A stretch of DNA of 59,018 bases, the filler included. It is 9 parts of 9 records of this genome, joined end to end, with 100 filler letters (N's around TTAATTAATTAA, not from the genome) between each part and the next. Parts side by side here need not be neighbours in the genome. Positions count along the whole stretch, not along the records: positions 18,501 to 24,126 come from SRR31156797_15099; positions 24,227 to 29,506 come from SRR31156797_15100; 7 more parts are not named here. The stretch is one strand, 5' to 3'. This document shows positions 19,397 through 29,053 of the stretch, piece by piece; within the stretch, counting starts at the first letter, position 1; every line of letters begins with the position of its first letter. The notes under the pieces are model-generated. The model was not told where the DNA came from and did not search any database. It was given only the letters and a program-made list of their open reading frames with translations. The translations under genes were made by a program, and so were the position numbers.

Positions 19397-19440
19397 AAAA
19401 CGGAGGGCCTCTCTTTTCAGAAACGGGGCTGCGGAGTAGA

Positions 19441-20091
19441 ATGGCTGCCATGGTTCTAGTACTGAAAAAATTCAAGATAAACAAAGATAACGACTATGAG
19501 GATCTGCTCTCAACCGCAGGACGGATGAAGATCTTTCTGGAGAATGTTCTCTCCGGACAGGTTCCCCATGACACATACAAGCCGGAAACCCTCTTTCATT
19601 ACTGCCGTTCCCTGGTGGAAGGGCAGAGGGGAGAGGAACCCGGTCTGGCGGCCGGTTCCTGGAGCGTTTCGCCCGTTCCGGAGGAGATCGGTGAAGAGGA
19701 TGCGATGGACATCCATTACTTCCCCACCATGATCGCCCTGGCCACCTTGGTCTTTTGCGGAAACAAATACGCGGAAGTCCGGGATATACCCGGCTATGAG
19801 GATTCCCTGAAAAGGGGCTTCGGCTTTGCGATTTCTGGCGGACTGAAGGGGATCGGATTCAACAGCTTCTTCCAGGAGATGGAGAGTGTCCTGATCCTGG
19901 GCTCCGGGGGCTGCCCCCTCTGGCTCAAGGAGCATCCCGAGGCCTGTCCCGCGCTGGCCGAGCGCCTTCTCGAACTGGGGAGAGAGTATGCCCTCCGTCT
20001 GGAAAAGAACGATACGGTCCTTGAATTCGGGGGCGATTACAAGCGGCAGTTCGTTCTGGCGCTCCGCCTTCTGGAACCCCTGGCAGGCTAG
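19441..20091 (+). CDS. hypothetical protein
   Basis: Long ORF with host-like codon use; start uncertain (19393, 19441 or 19450); GGAG precedes 19441. Confidence 0.7.
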   Translation: MAAMVLVLKKFKINKDNDYEDLLSTAGRMKIFLENVLSGQVPHDTYKPETLFHYCRSLVEGQRGEEPGLAAGSWSVSPVPEEIGEEDAMDIHYFPTMIALATLVFCGNKYAEVRDIPGYEDSLKRGFGFAISGGLKGIGFNSFFQEMESVLILGSGGCPLWLKEHPEACPALAERLLELGREYALRLEKNDTVLEFGGDYKRQFVLALRLLEPLAG

Positions 20092-20193
20092 GCCGGAGGC
20101 AGGTCCCGTCCGTCCTCGATGGCAGAATCCGGAACGGCCTTTTATATAAATAAATTGTTGATTTCTTTTTTCGACCCGGACCATAATTGAGGT

Positions 20194-20778
20194 ATGGCCC
20201 GGGGCAAGCTCCTTTCCGTAGCAGTTTCCATTCTTCTCTCCCTCCTTCTGACCGTTCTCATCGGGGCGGCGGGGTATTGGGGCTTCCGCGAATATCAGAG
20301 CCGGCGGCTGGACGGCGTGAGCGACAGACTCAACAGCATGGGGGAGCTCACCACGGTGACCCAGCTCTACCGTTCGGTGTTCTATGTCCGGGAAAGAAAA
20401 AACTTCATACAGGAAAAGACCCTTCTCTTTACGGCTGAGTACAACGTGCGGGCCGGCATCGATCTCTCCGAGGGCTTTGAACTGAGTACACACGGCGGCC
20501 GGGTCCGCCTCGTCCTGCCTCCCGGCCGTCTCCTCCTGGTTGACGGGGATGACCGCAGTCTCAGGCAGGTCTATCTGAAGGAACGTTTCAGCAGCGTCGA
20601 TACGGGAGACTACCTGCCATTGATCGGAGAGGAACGGGAGAGTATCCGCCACCGGGCCCTGGAGTCGGGGATTGTGAAAACCGCCGAGGAGCGCGCGGTT
20701 CTGATCCTGAAGGGCATCCTCGCCTCGGCGGGACTGGAGGATGCTGACATTCGATTCGAAGGCGAGATCCTGAGATGA
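20194..20778 (+). CDS. DUF4230-like membrane-anchored protein
   Basis: N-terminal TM, ELTTV, VRAGIDLS, LVLPP, ALESGIVKTAEERA pattern. Confidence 0.7.
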   Translation: MARGKLLSVAVSILLSLLLTVLIGAAGYWGFREYQSRRLDGVSDRLNSMGELTTVTQLYRSVFYVRERKNFIQEKTLLFTAEYNVRAGIDLSEGFELSTHGGRVRLVLPPGRLLLVDGDDRSLRQVYLKERFSSVDTGDYLPLIGEERESIRHRALESGIVKTAEERAVLILKGILASAGLEDADIRFEGEILR

Positions 20779-21509
20779 AGCGGATATCCACCCTCCTGAT
20801 CAGCCTGGCCTTTCTGGCCATAGCCGTCGTCCTGCTCGTGCTCACCTACAGGTACAGAATGCCCTGGGAACCTGTCAGGATCTCCGAGATCAGCTCGTCT
20901 TTGGTGGAGACCTCGGAGGCGTCGCTGCTCCAGACCGCCGAATACAGTATGAACGTTCTTTTTCCCTATGACTTCATCGATGATGAAGACGATCCCGACT
21001 GGAGGCATTACAGCTTCTTCTATGATGAGGCTCCCGAACAGTACAAGCTCCGCAGCTCCGCCTCTTTCTATCCCTCAGGAGAGCTTCCTGAAAAATGGCG
21101 CTACGCTTCCCTGTACAAGCTCTGCCGCGACTGCGGGCTGGATCCGGCGGAACAGGACTTCCTTGTCTTCGATGTCAGGGTGAGGGGAGGGCTGCCCCTG
21201 AACAGTGAGGAGCTGGAGCTTCAATTCCTCTTGCCCGATGAAAAAAGGGTGACTCTTATCCTTCCGGAGCCGCGGATTACTGATATAATTATCGAGGACA
21301 GAATCTCCGGAACAGCCGGCTTCCCCGAGGTGGAAATGACCCCCGATCAGTGGAGCCTCTTCATGGAGAAGATCCGTCCCTCCGTAGAAGAGCTGGCCAT
21401 CCGCAGGGGATTGTTGAGACTGGCCGCTGAAACGGCGGAGTATCTGACGAGGGAACTCTTTGAAGGAGCCGGTTTTGAGCTTGAGGAAGTTGTGTTTCAG
21501 GAAAATTAG
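20775..21509 (+). CDS. second DUF4230-like membrane-anchored protein
   Basis: N-terminal TM, LQTAEY, VRGGL, LILPEPRIT, AIRRGLLRLAAE; ATGA overlap. Confidence 0.6.
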   Translation: MKRISTLLISLAFLAIAVVLLVLTYRYRMPWEPVRISEISSSLVETSEASLLQTAEYSMNVLFPYDFIDDEDDPDWRHYSFFYDEAPEQYKLRSSASFYPSGELPEKWRYASLYKLCRDCGLDPAEQDFLVFDVRVRGGLPLNSEELELQFLLPDEKRVTLILPEPRITDIIIEDRISGTAGFPEVEMTPDQWSLFMEKIRPSVEELAIRRGLLRLAAETAEYLTRELFEGAGFELEEVVFQEN

Positions 21510-22104
21510 TAAGGCGGGATTCTTCCTGCTCTGCGCGTTTGCTACCTCTCTGACCCTTTCCGCGGAAGCGGCGATGGTCAGTATCTATGACGACTTTGAC
21601 GACGGAGGATTCGGCCGTTCCGAATACCGCTCGGTTATCCGCACTGTCAAGTTGCCGGCCTTTTCCCGCAGCGTCACCCTGAGTACGGACGATCCCTCCC
21701 GGGAGGGGCGGGGACTGTTGACGGCGGTGGTCCTCTCGGCCGGGACGGAAGAGAGGCTGAGGCGGGGGGAGTATTCCGAGGTCGTCGCCCTGGAGGAAGG
21801 TCTCTATCTGTACAGGAATGAGGGCTTGGAATTCTCCTTCTCCCTGGAGAAACCGGGCCGGGAGATCCTTCTTCTTCTGACCGATTATTATCAGGGCCGG
21901 TATCTCTCCTGGCTTGAGTCTGTAACCAGGCGCTATGAAGAGAATTATATTGTCAGGATACACAGCGCCGAGAACATCTTCGATCCCTGGACCGAGAGGA
22001 TCGACTATAACGAGGCCCTTCTGATGGCCACCGTTCTGGGAGACCGGGATCAGTGGCTTTGGGGTATCCATGACGGCCTGGATATCCTGAATCGCAGGGA
22101 GTGA
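21460..22104 (+). CDS. hypothetical, probably exported protein
   Basis: Signal-peptide-like FFLLCAFATSLTLSAEA; start uncertain. Confidence 0.6.
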   Translation: MKEPVLSLRKLCFRKISKAGFFLLCAFATSLTLSAEAAMVSIYDDFDDGGFGRSEYRSVIRTVKLPAFSRSVTLSTDDPSREGRGLLTAVVLSAGTEERLRRGEYSEVVALEEGLYLYRNEGLEFSFSLEKPGREILLLLTDYYQGRYLSWLESVTRRYEENYIVRIHSAENIFDPWTERIDYNEALLMATVLGDRDQWLWGIHDGLDILNRRE

Positions 22105-22165
22105 GTGTTGATCTTATAGGGTATTCGGCGTTATATTTCTAGGCGGTTTTTAAGTGAGGTAGATT

Positions 22166-22495
22166 ATGAAAAGCACAGACTTAGCCAGAAAAGACCGGGA
22201 CCTGAAGAAAGCCAGAAAGAAACAGGAAGTCCTGGAGAGAAAGATGGGGAAGGAGGGCCGTTCGGTAGGTGACTTTATCAACGAACTGTCAGACCTCTTT
22301 TTCCATGATGCCGAGAAAATTTACAATATCAGCAGCAGCGAGGATATCATGATGCTCCTGGAGGAGCTGAAGGAAGAGCAGCCCGAAAAGCAGTGGAACA
22401 ATATCCTCCGCAAGGCTGTGAAGAAGAGCAAGGTCAAACAGAAGGACGCGGCCCTTGCCGAGCTCAGGGAGATGGGCGATATCGCTCCCGATTAA
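22166..22495 (+). CDS. hypothetical charged helical protein
   Basis: 109-aa ORF with SD GAGGT. Confidence 0.7.
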   Translation: MKSTDLARKDRDLKKARKKQEVLERKMGKEGRSVGDFINELSDLFFHDAEKIYNISSSEDIMMLLEELKEEQPEKQWNNILRKAVKKSKVKQKDAALAELREMGDIAPD

Positions 22496-22530
22496 TAATA
22501 GGGTCGCAGCGCAGCGAGGAACGAGCCCGG

Positions 22531-22863
22531 CTAGGGATAGAGTTCGCCATCCCTCCGGTCCGGAATGGAGCCGAGCTCCCTATCCGGATCGGAGGGGCTT
22601 ACAAAGAGTCCGCAGTAACACTGCCCGTACTCTTCCACATCCGATTTGCAGTAGGCGCAGGGACATATGATGTCCCTGTCTTTTTGCCTCTCCCCCCAGG
22701 CCTCCCGGCAGGGGCAGCAGAAATAGCCGAGGCTGTTGTACATTTCCATCAGCCCTTCGGCGACGGAGGCGACATGGCCGTCATCGGCGCTCAGGGTCAG
22801 GCCCTGTTTGCGACTGACCGCTTCCAGAAAAAACCGTACATCCTGGATGTTTTTATTCCCCAT
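22531..22863 (-). CDS. ferredoxin-thioredoxin reductase catalytic (beta) subunit
   Basis: CPCR, ICPC and CYCGLF motifs; start reassigned to ATG at 22863. Confidence 0.9.
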   Translation of the reverse strand: MGNKNIQDVRFFLEAVSRKQGLTLSADDGHVASVAEGLMEMYNSLGYFCCPCREAWGERQKDRDIICPCAYCKSDVEEYGQCYCGLFVSPSDPDRELGSIPDRRDGELYP

Positions 22864-22868
22864 GGCCT

Positions 22869-23165
22869 TTATAAGAGCTCCTGTTCCCAAGCCGGGCGGA
22901 TAAAGCCCGTCAGCAGTTCTCCGTTTTCCAGTATCAGGGTCGGATAGCTGAGCCTTTTGCCGTACTCCCTGGAGAACTCGTCCTTCATCTTTTTCTTCAG
23001 CTCCGGATCTATCTTGTCCAGAAAGAGGTAGTCGTAGCACAGCTTATGGTCGTCCAGAAACTCCTTGGCCCTCTTACAGAAGCTGCAGGTGGTCAGACCC
23101 AGAAGGGTGATCTTCTTTTGCCGCTTCTCCCCTTCCTGGATTTCGAAATCGACATAATCAAACAT
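22869..23165 (-). CDS. glutaredoxin/NrdH-like protein
   Basis: TTCSFCKRAK CxxC and SYPT cis-Pro motif; 5 nt upstream of the FTR gene. Confidence 0.88.
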   Translation of the reverse strand: MFDYVDFEIQEGEKRQKKITLLGLTTCSFCKRAKEFLDDHKLCYDYLFLDKIDPELKKKMKDEFSREYGKRLSYPTLILENGELLTGFIRPAWEQELL

Positions 23166-23291
23166 AGCTGTTCCTCCCTTCCCGGCAGATGTTGAATCAC
23201 AAAATAATTTGTTATATATATTTTAGAGTATTTATCATCGGGATCCAGCGGAATTTCGGATTAATTCAGATTGATTGACGAGGACGGACAT

Positions 23292-23618
23292 ATGAGAGAG
23301 ATACAGGACAAACAGGAATTTGAAAACCTGATCGCTTCGGAGAAGGGGGTCTGCGCCCTGTTTACGGCGGACTGGTGTCCCGACTGTCAGGTTCTGAAGC
23401 CCGTTCTGCCGGAGCTTGAGAATGATTTTGCGGATCATTATGATTTCGTCAGCCTGAACAGGGACCGCTTTCTCGATCTTTGCGGGGAGATGAATATCTT
23501 CGGCATCCCCAGCTTCGTCACCTTTCGCGGCGGCGCGGAAACGGGCCGATTCGTCAGTACCAGAGCGAAAAGCCGGGAGGAGATAGCCAGTTTCCTCAGG
23601 AGAACAGAAGGGGCCTGA
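23292..23618 (+). CDS. thioredoxin-family protein (WCPDC)
   Basis: FTADWCPDC, IFGIPSF. Confidence 0.9.
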   Translation: MREIQDKQEFENLIASEKGVCALFTADWCPDCQVLKPVLPELENDFADHYDFVSLNRDRFLDLCGEMNIFGIPSFVTFRGGAETGRFVSTRAKSREEIASFLRRTEGA

Positions 23619-24126
23619 GCTCCTCCACGCGGTTCAGGTACACCATGCAGTGCTCCCGCATCCACTCCCGGATCTGGGGGACGTCGTGCCCCCAGCCTGC
23701 GGCGGCGATGGGTACCCCGCTGCTCCGACTCATTTCAACCGCCGGTTTCAGGTCGTCCAGGATCAGGGCCTCCGACGGTTTCAGGCCGTAGTGTTCCAGG
23801 ATGCGCAGCACCGGATAGGGATGGGGCTTACGCTTGTTCTCATCGAAATCCCATCCGAACACCAGCTCGGGAAGGTGGGGGTAGCCGGCGCAGCCGTAAT
23901 CCCGGCGAATCCTGTCTTCGTCGGAGTGTGATACCACGGTAATGATGCCTCCCGCTTTCTTGAACTCGTCCATGATCTCCAGAAGCCCCGGGAAGAAGGG
24001 GGGGATTTTATCCTCTGAATAGTCTCGCCAGATACGATACTCCTCCTGTATCTCCTCCTCGCTGAAGCCCAGCTCCTCCCTCATATACTCCATGATTCCC
24101 GGAGAGAAGTTCTTCAGAAACCACTC
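23596..24126 (-). CDS. HAD-family hydrolase (phosphoglycolate phosphatase-like), 5' truncated
   Basis: VVSHS motif II, RKPHPYP, LDDLKP, AAGWG; frame open to the contig edge. Confidence 0.85.
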   Translation of the reverse strand, partial: EWFLKNFSPGIMEYMREELGFSEEEIQEEYRIWRDYSEDKIPPFFPGLLEIMDEFKKAGGIITVVSHSDEDRIRRDYGCAGYPHLPELVFGWDFDENKRKPHPYPVLRILEHYGLKPSEALILDDLKPAVEMSRSSGVPIAAAGWGHDVPQIREWMREHCMVYLNRVEELRPLLFS

Positions 24127-24226
24127 NNNNNNNNNNNNNNNNNNNNNNNNNNNNNNNNNNNNNNNNNNNNTTAATTAATTAANNNNNNNNNNNNNNNNNN
24201 NNNNNNNNNNNNNNNNNNNNNNNNNN
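24127..24226. other. artificial contig linker
   Basis: N44-TTAATTAATTAA-N44. Confidence 0.99.
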
Positions 24227-24888
24227 ACAATGAATTGGCTGCCAGGAATCTTGCCGGCCAGTGCGTTACCCTGGTGACCCAGGTGGTTGTTGACGGGGAT
24301 GATCCGGCTCTTGAGAGTCCGACCAAACCGGTTGGCGAGTTTTTTTGTGAGTCTCAGATTGCTGAAATTAAAAGGGATTTTCCGGAATGGATATTGATTG
24401 AGGACGCGGGAAGAGGCTACCGCCGGGTGGTCCCCTCCCTGGCGCCCGCTGAGGTCGTCGAAAGGCCGATTATCGAGTTGCTTCTAAAGGAAGGATACCA
24501 TGTGGTTGCCGCCGGTGGAGGCGGGATACCTGTTATTCGCAACGGTAAGGATCTTTCCGGGGTCGATGCGGTGATCGACAAGGATCTTGTGTCCAGTTTG
24601 CTCGCCGTTCAACTGGGGGCCGACCTGCTCATTATCTCAACCGCCGTTAAACAGGCGGCCCTGAATTTTGGAAAACCGGATCAGAAGACCATAGACGCGA
24701 TGACAGCGAAGGAAGCGGAAAACTACATCAGTGAGGGTCACTTTGCACCTGGTTCCATGCTGCCCAAGATAGAGGCGGCCCTAAAATTTATTAAAGGGGG
24801 CGGCAAAGAAGTGATTATCACCACCCCTGAAAATATAAGCGATGCGGTGCTTTACGGTAGTGGGACCCATATCGCGCCTGGATGCTGA
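24227..24888 (+). CDS. arcC: carbamate kinase (YqeA-like), 5' truncated
   Basis: PTKPVG, EDAGRGYRRVVPS, GGGGIPV, VIDKDL, GSMLPKIEAA. Confidence 0.93.
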
Positions 24889-24991
24889 GGATGAATCAAG
24901 ACTGTCAGCCGCCGAACCTGGAAATTATAAATAATACAAAATAAAATGGGATAATTATATGAATCCCATTTTCTATACACGGAGATGTACC

Positions 24992-26188
24992 ATGGACAAA
25001 ACTAAGATTAAGTCCCTCATCGGGCAACTTGGCCGTCTCAATTACCGGGACATGTATTTAAACGACTTTTTGCTCACCTGGGAGAAGAGCTATCAGGAAA
25101 TTCAGGCGACCTTCCTGGCGGCCGACATCCTGCGCGGTATGCGTCAGAGAAATATTTCCACCCGTCTTTTTGATTCCGGGCTTGGCATCTCTCTATTTCG
25201 CGATCAGTCAACCAGAACGCGGTTCAGTTTCGCCAGCGCCTGTAACCTGCTGGGGCTGACGGCCCAAGACCTTGATGAAGGCAAATCCCAGATCGCCCAC
25301 GGTGAAACGGTCAGGGAAACCGCCAATATGGTTTCCTTTATGGCCGAAGTCATCGGTATTCGTGATGACATGTATATAGGTAAAGGCAATACCTATATGC
25401 GGGAAGTGTCCGAGGCTGTCCAGCAAGGGTATATTGACGGAGTGCTTGAGCAGCGTCCAACCCTGGTGAACCTGCAATGCGATATTGATCATCCAACACA
25501 GATCATGGCTGATATGCTCCATATGATTCATTATTTCGGCGGCGTTGAAAACCTCAAGGGCAAGAAAATCGCCATGACCTGGGCCTACAGCCCGTCATAC
25601 GGCAAGCCCCTTTCCGTTCCCCAGGGCGTGATCGGGCTTATGACCAGGTTTGGTATGGAAGTCTCCCTTGCCCATCCCAAAGGCTATGAGGTGATGCCGG
25701 AAGTAGAGGCAATTGCCATGAAAAACGCGGCGGCCAGCGGCGGCAAGTTTACCAAATCCAATTCAATGGAAGAGGCTTTTGAGGGGGCTCATATTGTCTA
25801 CCCCAAAAGTTGGGCCCCATTTTCCGCCATGGAAACCCGCACCAACCTGTACGGTGAAGGCGACTACGAAGGAATAGACGCCCTTGAAAAAGAATTGCTT
25901 ACCCAAAACGCAGAGCACAAAAACTGGGAATGCACCGAATCTCTGATGTCAACCACTCATGACGGTGAAGCCCTATATATGCATTGTCTGCCTGCGGACA
26001 TCACTGGTGTGAGCTGTAAGGAAGGCGAGGTTGAGGCCGGCGTTTTTGACAGATATCGTAAACAACTTTACATGGAGGCCGGCTATAAGCCCTATATCAT
26101 CGCCGCAATGGTCATGCTGTCCAAGGCCCAATACCCTCTTGACACCTTGGAGACGATGCTGTTCAAAGGCGAATCAAGAATAAGATAA
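24992..26188 (+). CDS. ygeW: knotted carbamoyltransferase YgeW
   Basis: FRDQSTRTRFSF, DHPTQ, WAYSPSYGKPLSVPQG, HCLPADITGVSC; start after GGAG. Confidence 0.93.
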   Translation: MDKTKIKSLIGQLGRLNYRDMYLNDFLLTWEKSYQEIQATFLAADILRGMRQRNISTRLFDSGLGISLFRDQSTRTRFSFASACNLLGLTAQDLDEGKSQIAHGETVRETANMVSFMAEVIGIRDDMYIGKGNTYMREVSEAVQQGYIDGVLEQRPTLVNLQCDIDHPTQIMADMLHMIHYFGGVENLKGKKIAMTWAYSPSYGKPLSVPQGVIGLMTRFGMEVSLAHPKGYEVMPEVEAIAMKNAAASGGKFTKSNSMEEAFEGAHIVYPKSWAPFSAMETRTNLYGEGDYEGIDALEKELLTQNAEHKNWECTESLMSTTHDGEALYMHCLPADITGVSCKEGEVEAGVFDRYRKQLYMEAGYKPYIIAAMVMLSKAQYPLDTLETMLFKGESRIR

Positions 26189-26202
26189 GTCTGCCTATAA
26201 GC

Positions 26203-26235
26203 TGTGGCCAACCCGGCTGATCCGGGTTGACCGCA
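26203..26235 (+). terminator. stable hairpin after ygeW
   Basis: TGTGGCCAACCCGG / CCGGGTTGACCGCA inverted repeat; no U-tract. Confidence 0.4.
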
Positions 26236-26280
26236 CCATATGGCCGAAGATTAAAATTTAGGACAAGGAGTTGCAATAAC

Positions 26281-26343
26281 ATGAAAGAGATAATCAACAC
26301 TAAAGAGGCGCCCGCAGCTTTTTGGACATACAGTCTGAATTAA
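26281..26343 (+). pseudogene. remnant of a RidA/YjgF-family gene
   Basis: SD AAGGAG then MKEIINTKEAPAAFWTYSLN-stop, matching the RidA start (..T..APAAIGPYSQ). Confidence 0.6.
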
Positions 26344-26444
26344 GCTGAATTGAAAGGATGAGAAAAGCAGTTGCCCTGGCAATAATACCTATCATATTTC
26401 CTTTGCAGTATCTTTGGCAAAATCAGGTGATTTCGGAGATTAAT

Positions 26445-29006
26445 ATGATTACGTTTACACTTAATGGACAGGAGACCTCCTTTTCCGGTGATGAAAAAGT
26501 CTCTCTGCTCAGCTTTTTGCGAGATGAAGTCGGCCTCACTTCCGTCAAGGACGGCTGCTCCGGACAGGCTGCCTGTGGGGCCTGCATGGTAGAACTTGAG
26601 GGACAACCGGCCCTTTCTTGTTCAACCCCGATGAAGCGAGCGGCCGGAAAGTCGGTCATCACCATAGAGGGATTTCCGGAAAACGTGCGCCGCACGTTGG
26701 GCCGGGCCTTTGTGGCCCTGGGGGCTGTCCAGTGCGGCTTTTGCACTCCGGGTATCCTGGCAAGAACAAAAATACTTCTCGAAACCAATCCCGATCCCAG
26801 CCGCGAAGAGGCGGTCAAGGCGCTGCAGGCTAATGTCTGCCGGTGTACCGGCTACTCAAAGATTATAGATGCAATACTTTTTGCTGCCCGACTCCTCCGG
26901 GAAGGTAAAGAGGTCGAGTGGGAGACCCGAACCGGTATCGGCTATTCCTACCCCAAAGTCGGGGCCTATGAAAAGGCTCTGGGCGTCGGTCCCTATGTGG
27001 CTGATATGAAAATAGACAACATGTGTTACGGCACCCTGAAATTCAGTGAACACCCCCGTGCCGTCATCAAAAGCATCGATTTGTCCGGCGCCCGGCAAAT
27101 GGACGGTGTCATCCGTGTCTTGACCGGGCCGGATATTCCCGGGGAAAGGCGCCAGGGGCTTTCCATTAAAGACTGGCCCATGATGGTTCTTGAGGGGGAA
27201 ACCACCCGGTGCATCAGTGATGTACTGGCCTGCGTTGTGGCCGAGACCGAAGATATCGCCCGACAAGCTTCAGAAAAAATCGAGGTTGTATATGAGATCC
27301 TTGAGCCCCTGACGGAGGCAACCAAAGCCGCGGACTCGGATATTAAGATCCATGAAAACGGCAACCTCCTGAAAGAAACAGTCATTCGCCGCGGCGAATC
27401 CATTGAGGAGGTGTTTAAAAAATCAGCCCATGTGGCGGAGGGCGAATTTGACACCCCCTTTGTCGAGCATGCGTTCCTGGAACCTGAAGCCTCAATCGCC
27501 CGGCCGGACGGAAAAGGCGGACTCACCGTTTATTCCCAGAGCCAAGCCCTGTTTAAGGACCGTGATCAAATTGCCTCAGCCCTTAATCTGGATCAGGATC
27601 AGGTTGATGTGGTCCTCATGTCCGCGGGCGGCGCCTTCGGAGGCAAGGAAGATCTGACTGTCCAGCATCATGCCGCCCTGGCCGCCATGCTGCTTCAACG
27701 TCCGGTCCGGGTCAGGCTGAGCCGGCCCGACTCCATCAGGATGCACCCCAAACGGCACCGGATGATCATGAAATACAAACTGGCCTGCGATGAAAACGGC
27801 AGGCTCACCGGACTTAAGGCCAGGATTTTGGGCGATACCGGCGGGTACGCTTCCATGGGCGGGGCTGTTGTCGCCAGAACCGGCGCCCATGCCGGGGCGG
27901 CCTATCACATTCCCAATGTGGATGTGACGGCCGGCGCCTATTATACCAATAATCCACCTGCCGGAGCCTTCCGGGGTTTTGGCGTCAGCCAATCCAATTT
28001 TGCCATGGAGAGCATGGTCGATGAACTTTGCGTAAAAGGGGGATTCGACAGATTCCAGTTCCGATATGACAATGCCCTTGATGTGGGACGGATGACAACC
28101 ACCGGTCACGTACTAAAAGAAGGGGTAGGGCTGCGCCAGTGCCTGGAGACTGTGAAGGAGAGTTTCAAAGGCGCCAAATACGCCGGCCTTTCCTGTGCCA
28201 TTAAAAATTGTGGGATTGGAAATGGTCTTGACGAGATCAGTGACACCAGGCTCAAAATTGTCGCCCCCGATAAAATTGTTCTTTACCACGGCTGGAGCGA
28301 GATGGGGCAGGGGATTGACACTGTGGCGCGGCAGGTACTGGCCGAAGTATGCGGCTTTGACGACAGCATTACCATTGAGGTCAAGTCTTCCACCGGCGGC
28401 GGCGCCATGGGAGGCGCTACCACAGCCAGCCGGGGAACGGCCTTGCTTGGCAACTCGACTATTCTGGTGGCCCGGAAACTGAAAAATGATTTGGAAACAA
28501 CCCCGCTTTCCGGTCTGGTGGGCAAGGAATATTTTTCCCGGCATTTGGTGGACTGGACCACGGATCACATTGTGGACGGCGAAATCATCAGCCATTTTTC
28601 TTATAGCTATGCCGTCCATATGGCCATCCTTGATGAAACAGGAAAGCTTAAATCCATTCATGCGGCCCACGACGTCGGAAAGATCATTAATCCCAATTTA
28701 TTTGAGGGACAAGTCGAAGGCGGGGTGGTCATGGGCATGGGGTATGCGTTGACGGAAAAATATCCGCTAAAAGACGGAAAACTCACCTCAACCAGGATGT
28801 CCAAACTGGGACTGCCCAAGGCTAAGGATGTGCCTGAAATCAAGGTGATCGGGGTGGAGTGCCCGGATACTTTCGGGCCCTTTGGAGCAAAGGGCGTCGG
28901 TGAAATCGGGGCGATTCCAACGCCTGCGGCCATTGCCAACAGTTATTACAGTTTTGACGGGATCAGGCGATATTCCCTTCCCCTGGAGCCTATTAAGAAA
29001 GACTAA
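26445..29006 (+). CDS. xdh: molybdenum hydroxylase with fused 2x[2Fe-2S] and Moco domains, selenium-dependent xanthine dehydrogenase type
   Basis: GCSGQAACGAC, QCGFCTPG, CRCTGY, GGAFGGKED, AFRGFG, GVGEIG; no FAD domain; start ATG 26445 after GGAG. Confidence 0.85.
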   Translation: MITFTLNGQETSFSGDEKVSLLSFLRDEVGLTSVKDGCSGQAACGACMVELEGQPALSCSTPMKRAAGKSVITIEGFPENVRRTLGRAFVALGAVQCGFCTPGILARTKILLETNPDPSREEAVKALQANVCRCTGYSKIIDAILFAARLLREGKEVEWETRTGIGYSYPKVGAYEKALGVGPYVADMKIDNMCYGTLKFSEHPRAVIKSIDLSGARQMDGVIRVLTGPDIPGERRQGLSIKDWPMMVLEGETTRCISDVLACVVAETEDIARQASEKIEVVYEILEPLTEATKAADSDIKIHENGNLLKETVIRRGESIEEVFKKSAHVAEGEFDTPFVEHAFLEPEASIARPDGKGGLTVYSQSQALFKDRDQIASALNLDQDQVDVVLMSAGGAFGGKEDLTVQHHAALAAMLLQRPVRVRLSRPDSIRMHPKRHRMIMKYKLACDENGRLTGLKARILGDTGGYASMGGAVVARTGAHAGAAYHIPNVDVTAGAYYTNNPPAGAFRGFGVSQSNFAMESMVDELCVKGGFDRFQFRYDNALDVGRMTTTGHVLKEGVGLRQCLETVKESFKGAKYAGLSCAIKNCGIGNGLDEISDTRLKIVAPDKIVLYHGWSEMGQGIDTVARQVLAEVCGFDDSITIEVKSSTGGGAMGGATTASRGTALLGNSTILVARKLKNDLETTPLSGLVGKEYFSRHLVDWTTDHIVDGEIISHFSYSYAVHMAILDETGKLKSIHAAHDVGKIINPNLFEGQVEGGVVMGMGYALTEKYPLKDGKLTSTRMSKLGLPKAKDVPEIKVIGVECPDTFGPFGAKGVGEIGAIPTPAAIANSYYSFDGIRRYSLPLEPIKKD

Positions 29007-29053
29007 CCGGGTACTAACGCCGCAAGATAAATACTCTGCGAGAGGACAGGACA

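Noticed and set aside
19510-20652. 380-aa minus-strand ORF and similar antisense ORFs (4701-5375, 21361-22071, 47890-48723)
   Set aside because: They overlap better-supported genes on the opposite strand and have shadow-like composition.
14212-24888. Two carbamate kinases as a duplication, or one pathway joining ArcE with YgeW
   Set aside because: They are on different contigs separated by linkers and an unrelated contig; no linkage can be inferred.
26358-29006. Selenocysteine recoding or an N-terminal signal peptide in xdh
   Set aside because: No in-frame TGA; the hydrophobic 29-aa extension lies upstream of the SD-supported start at 26445.
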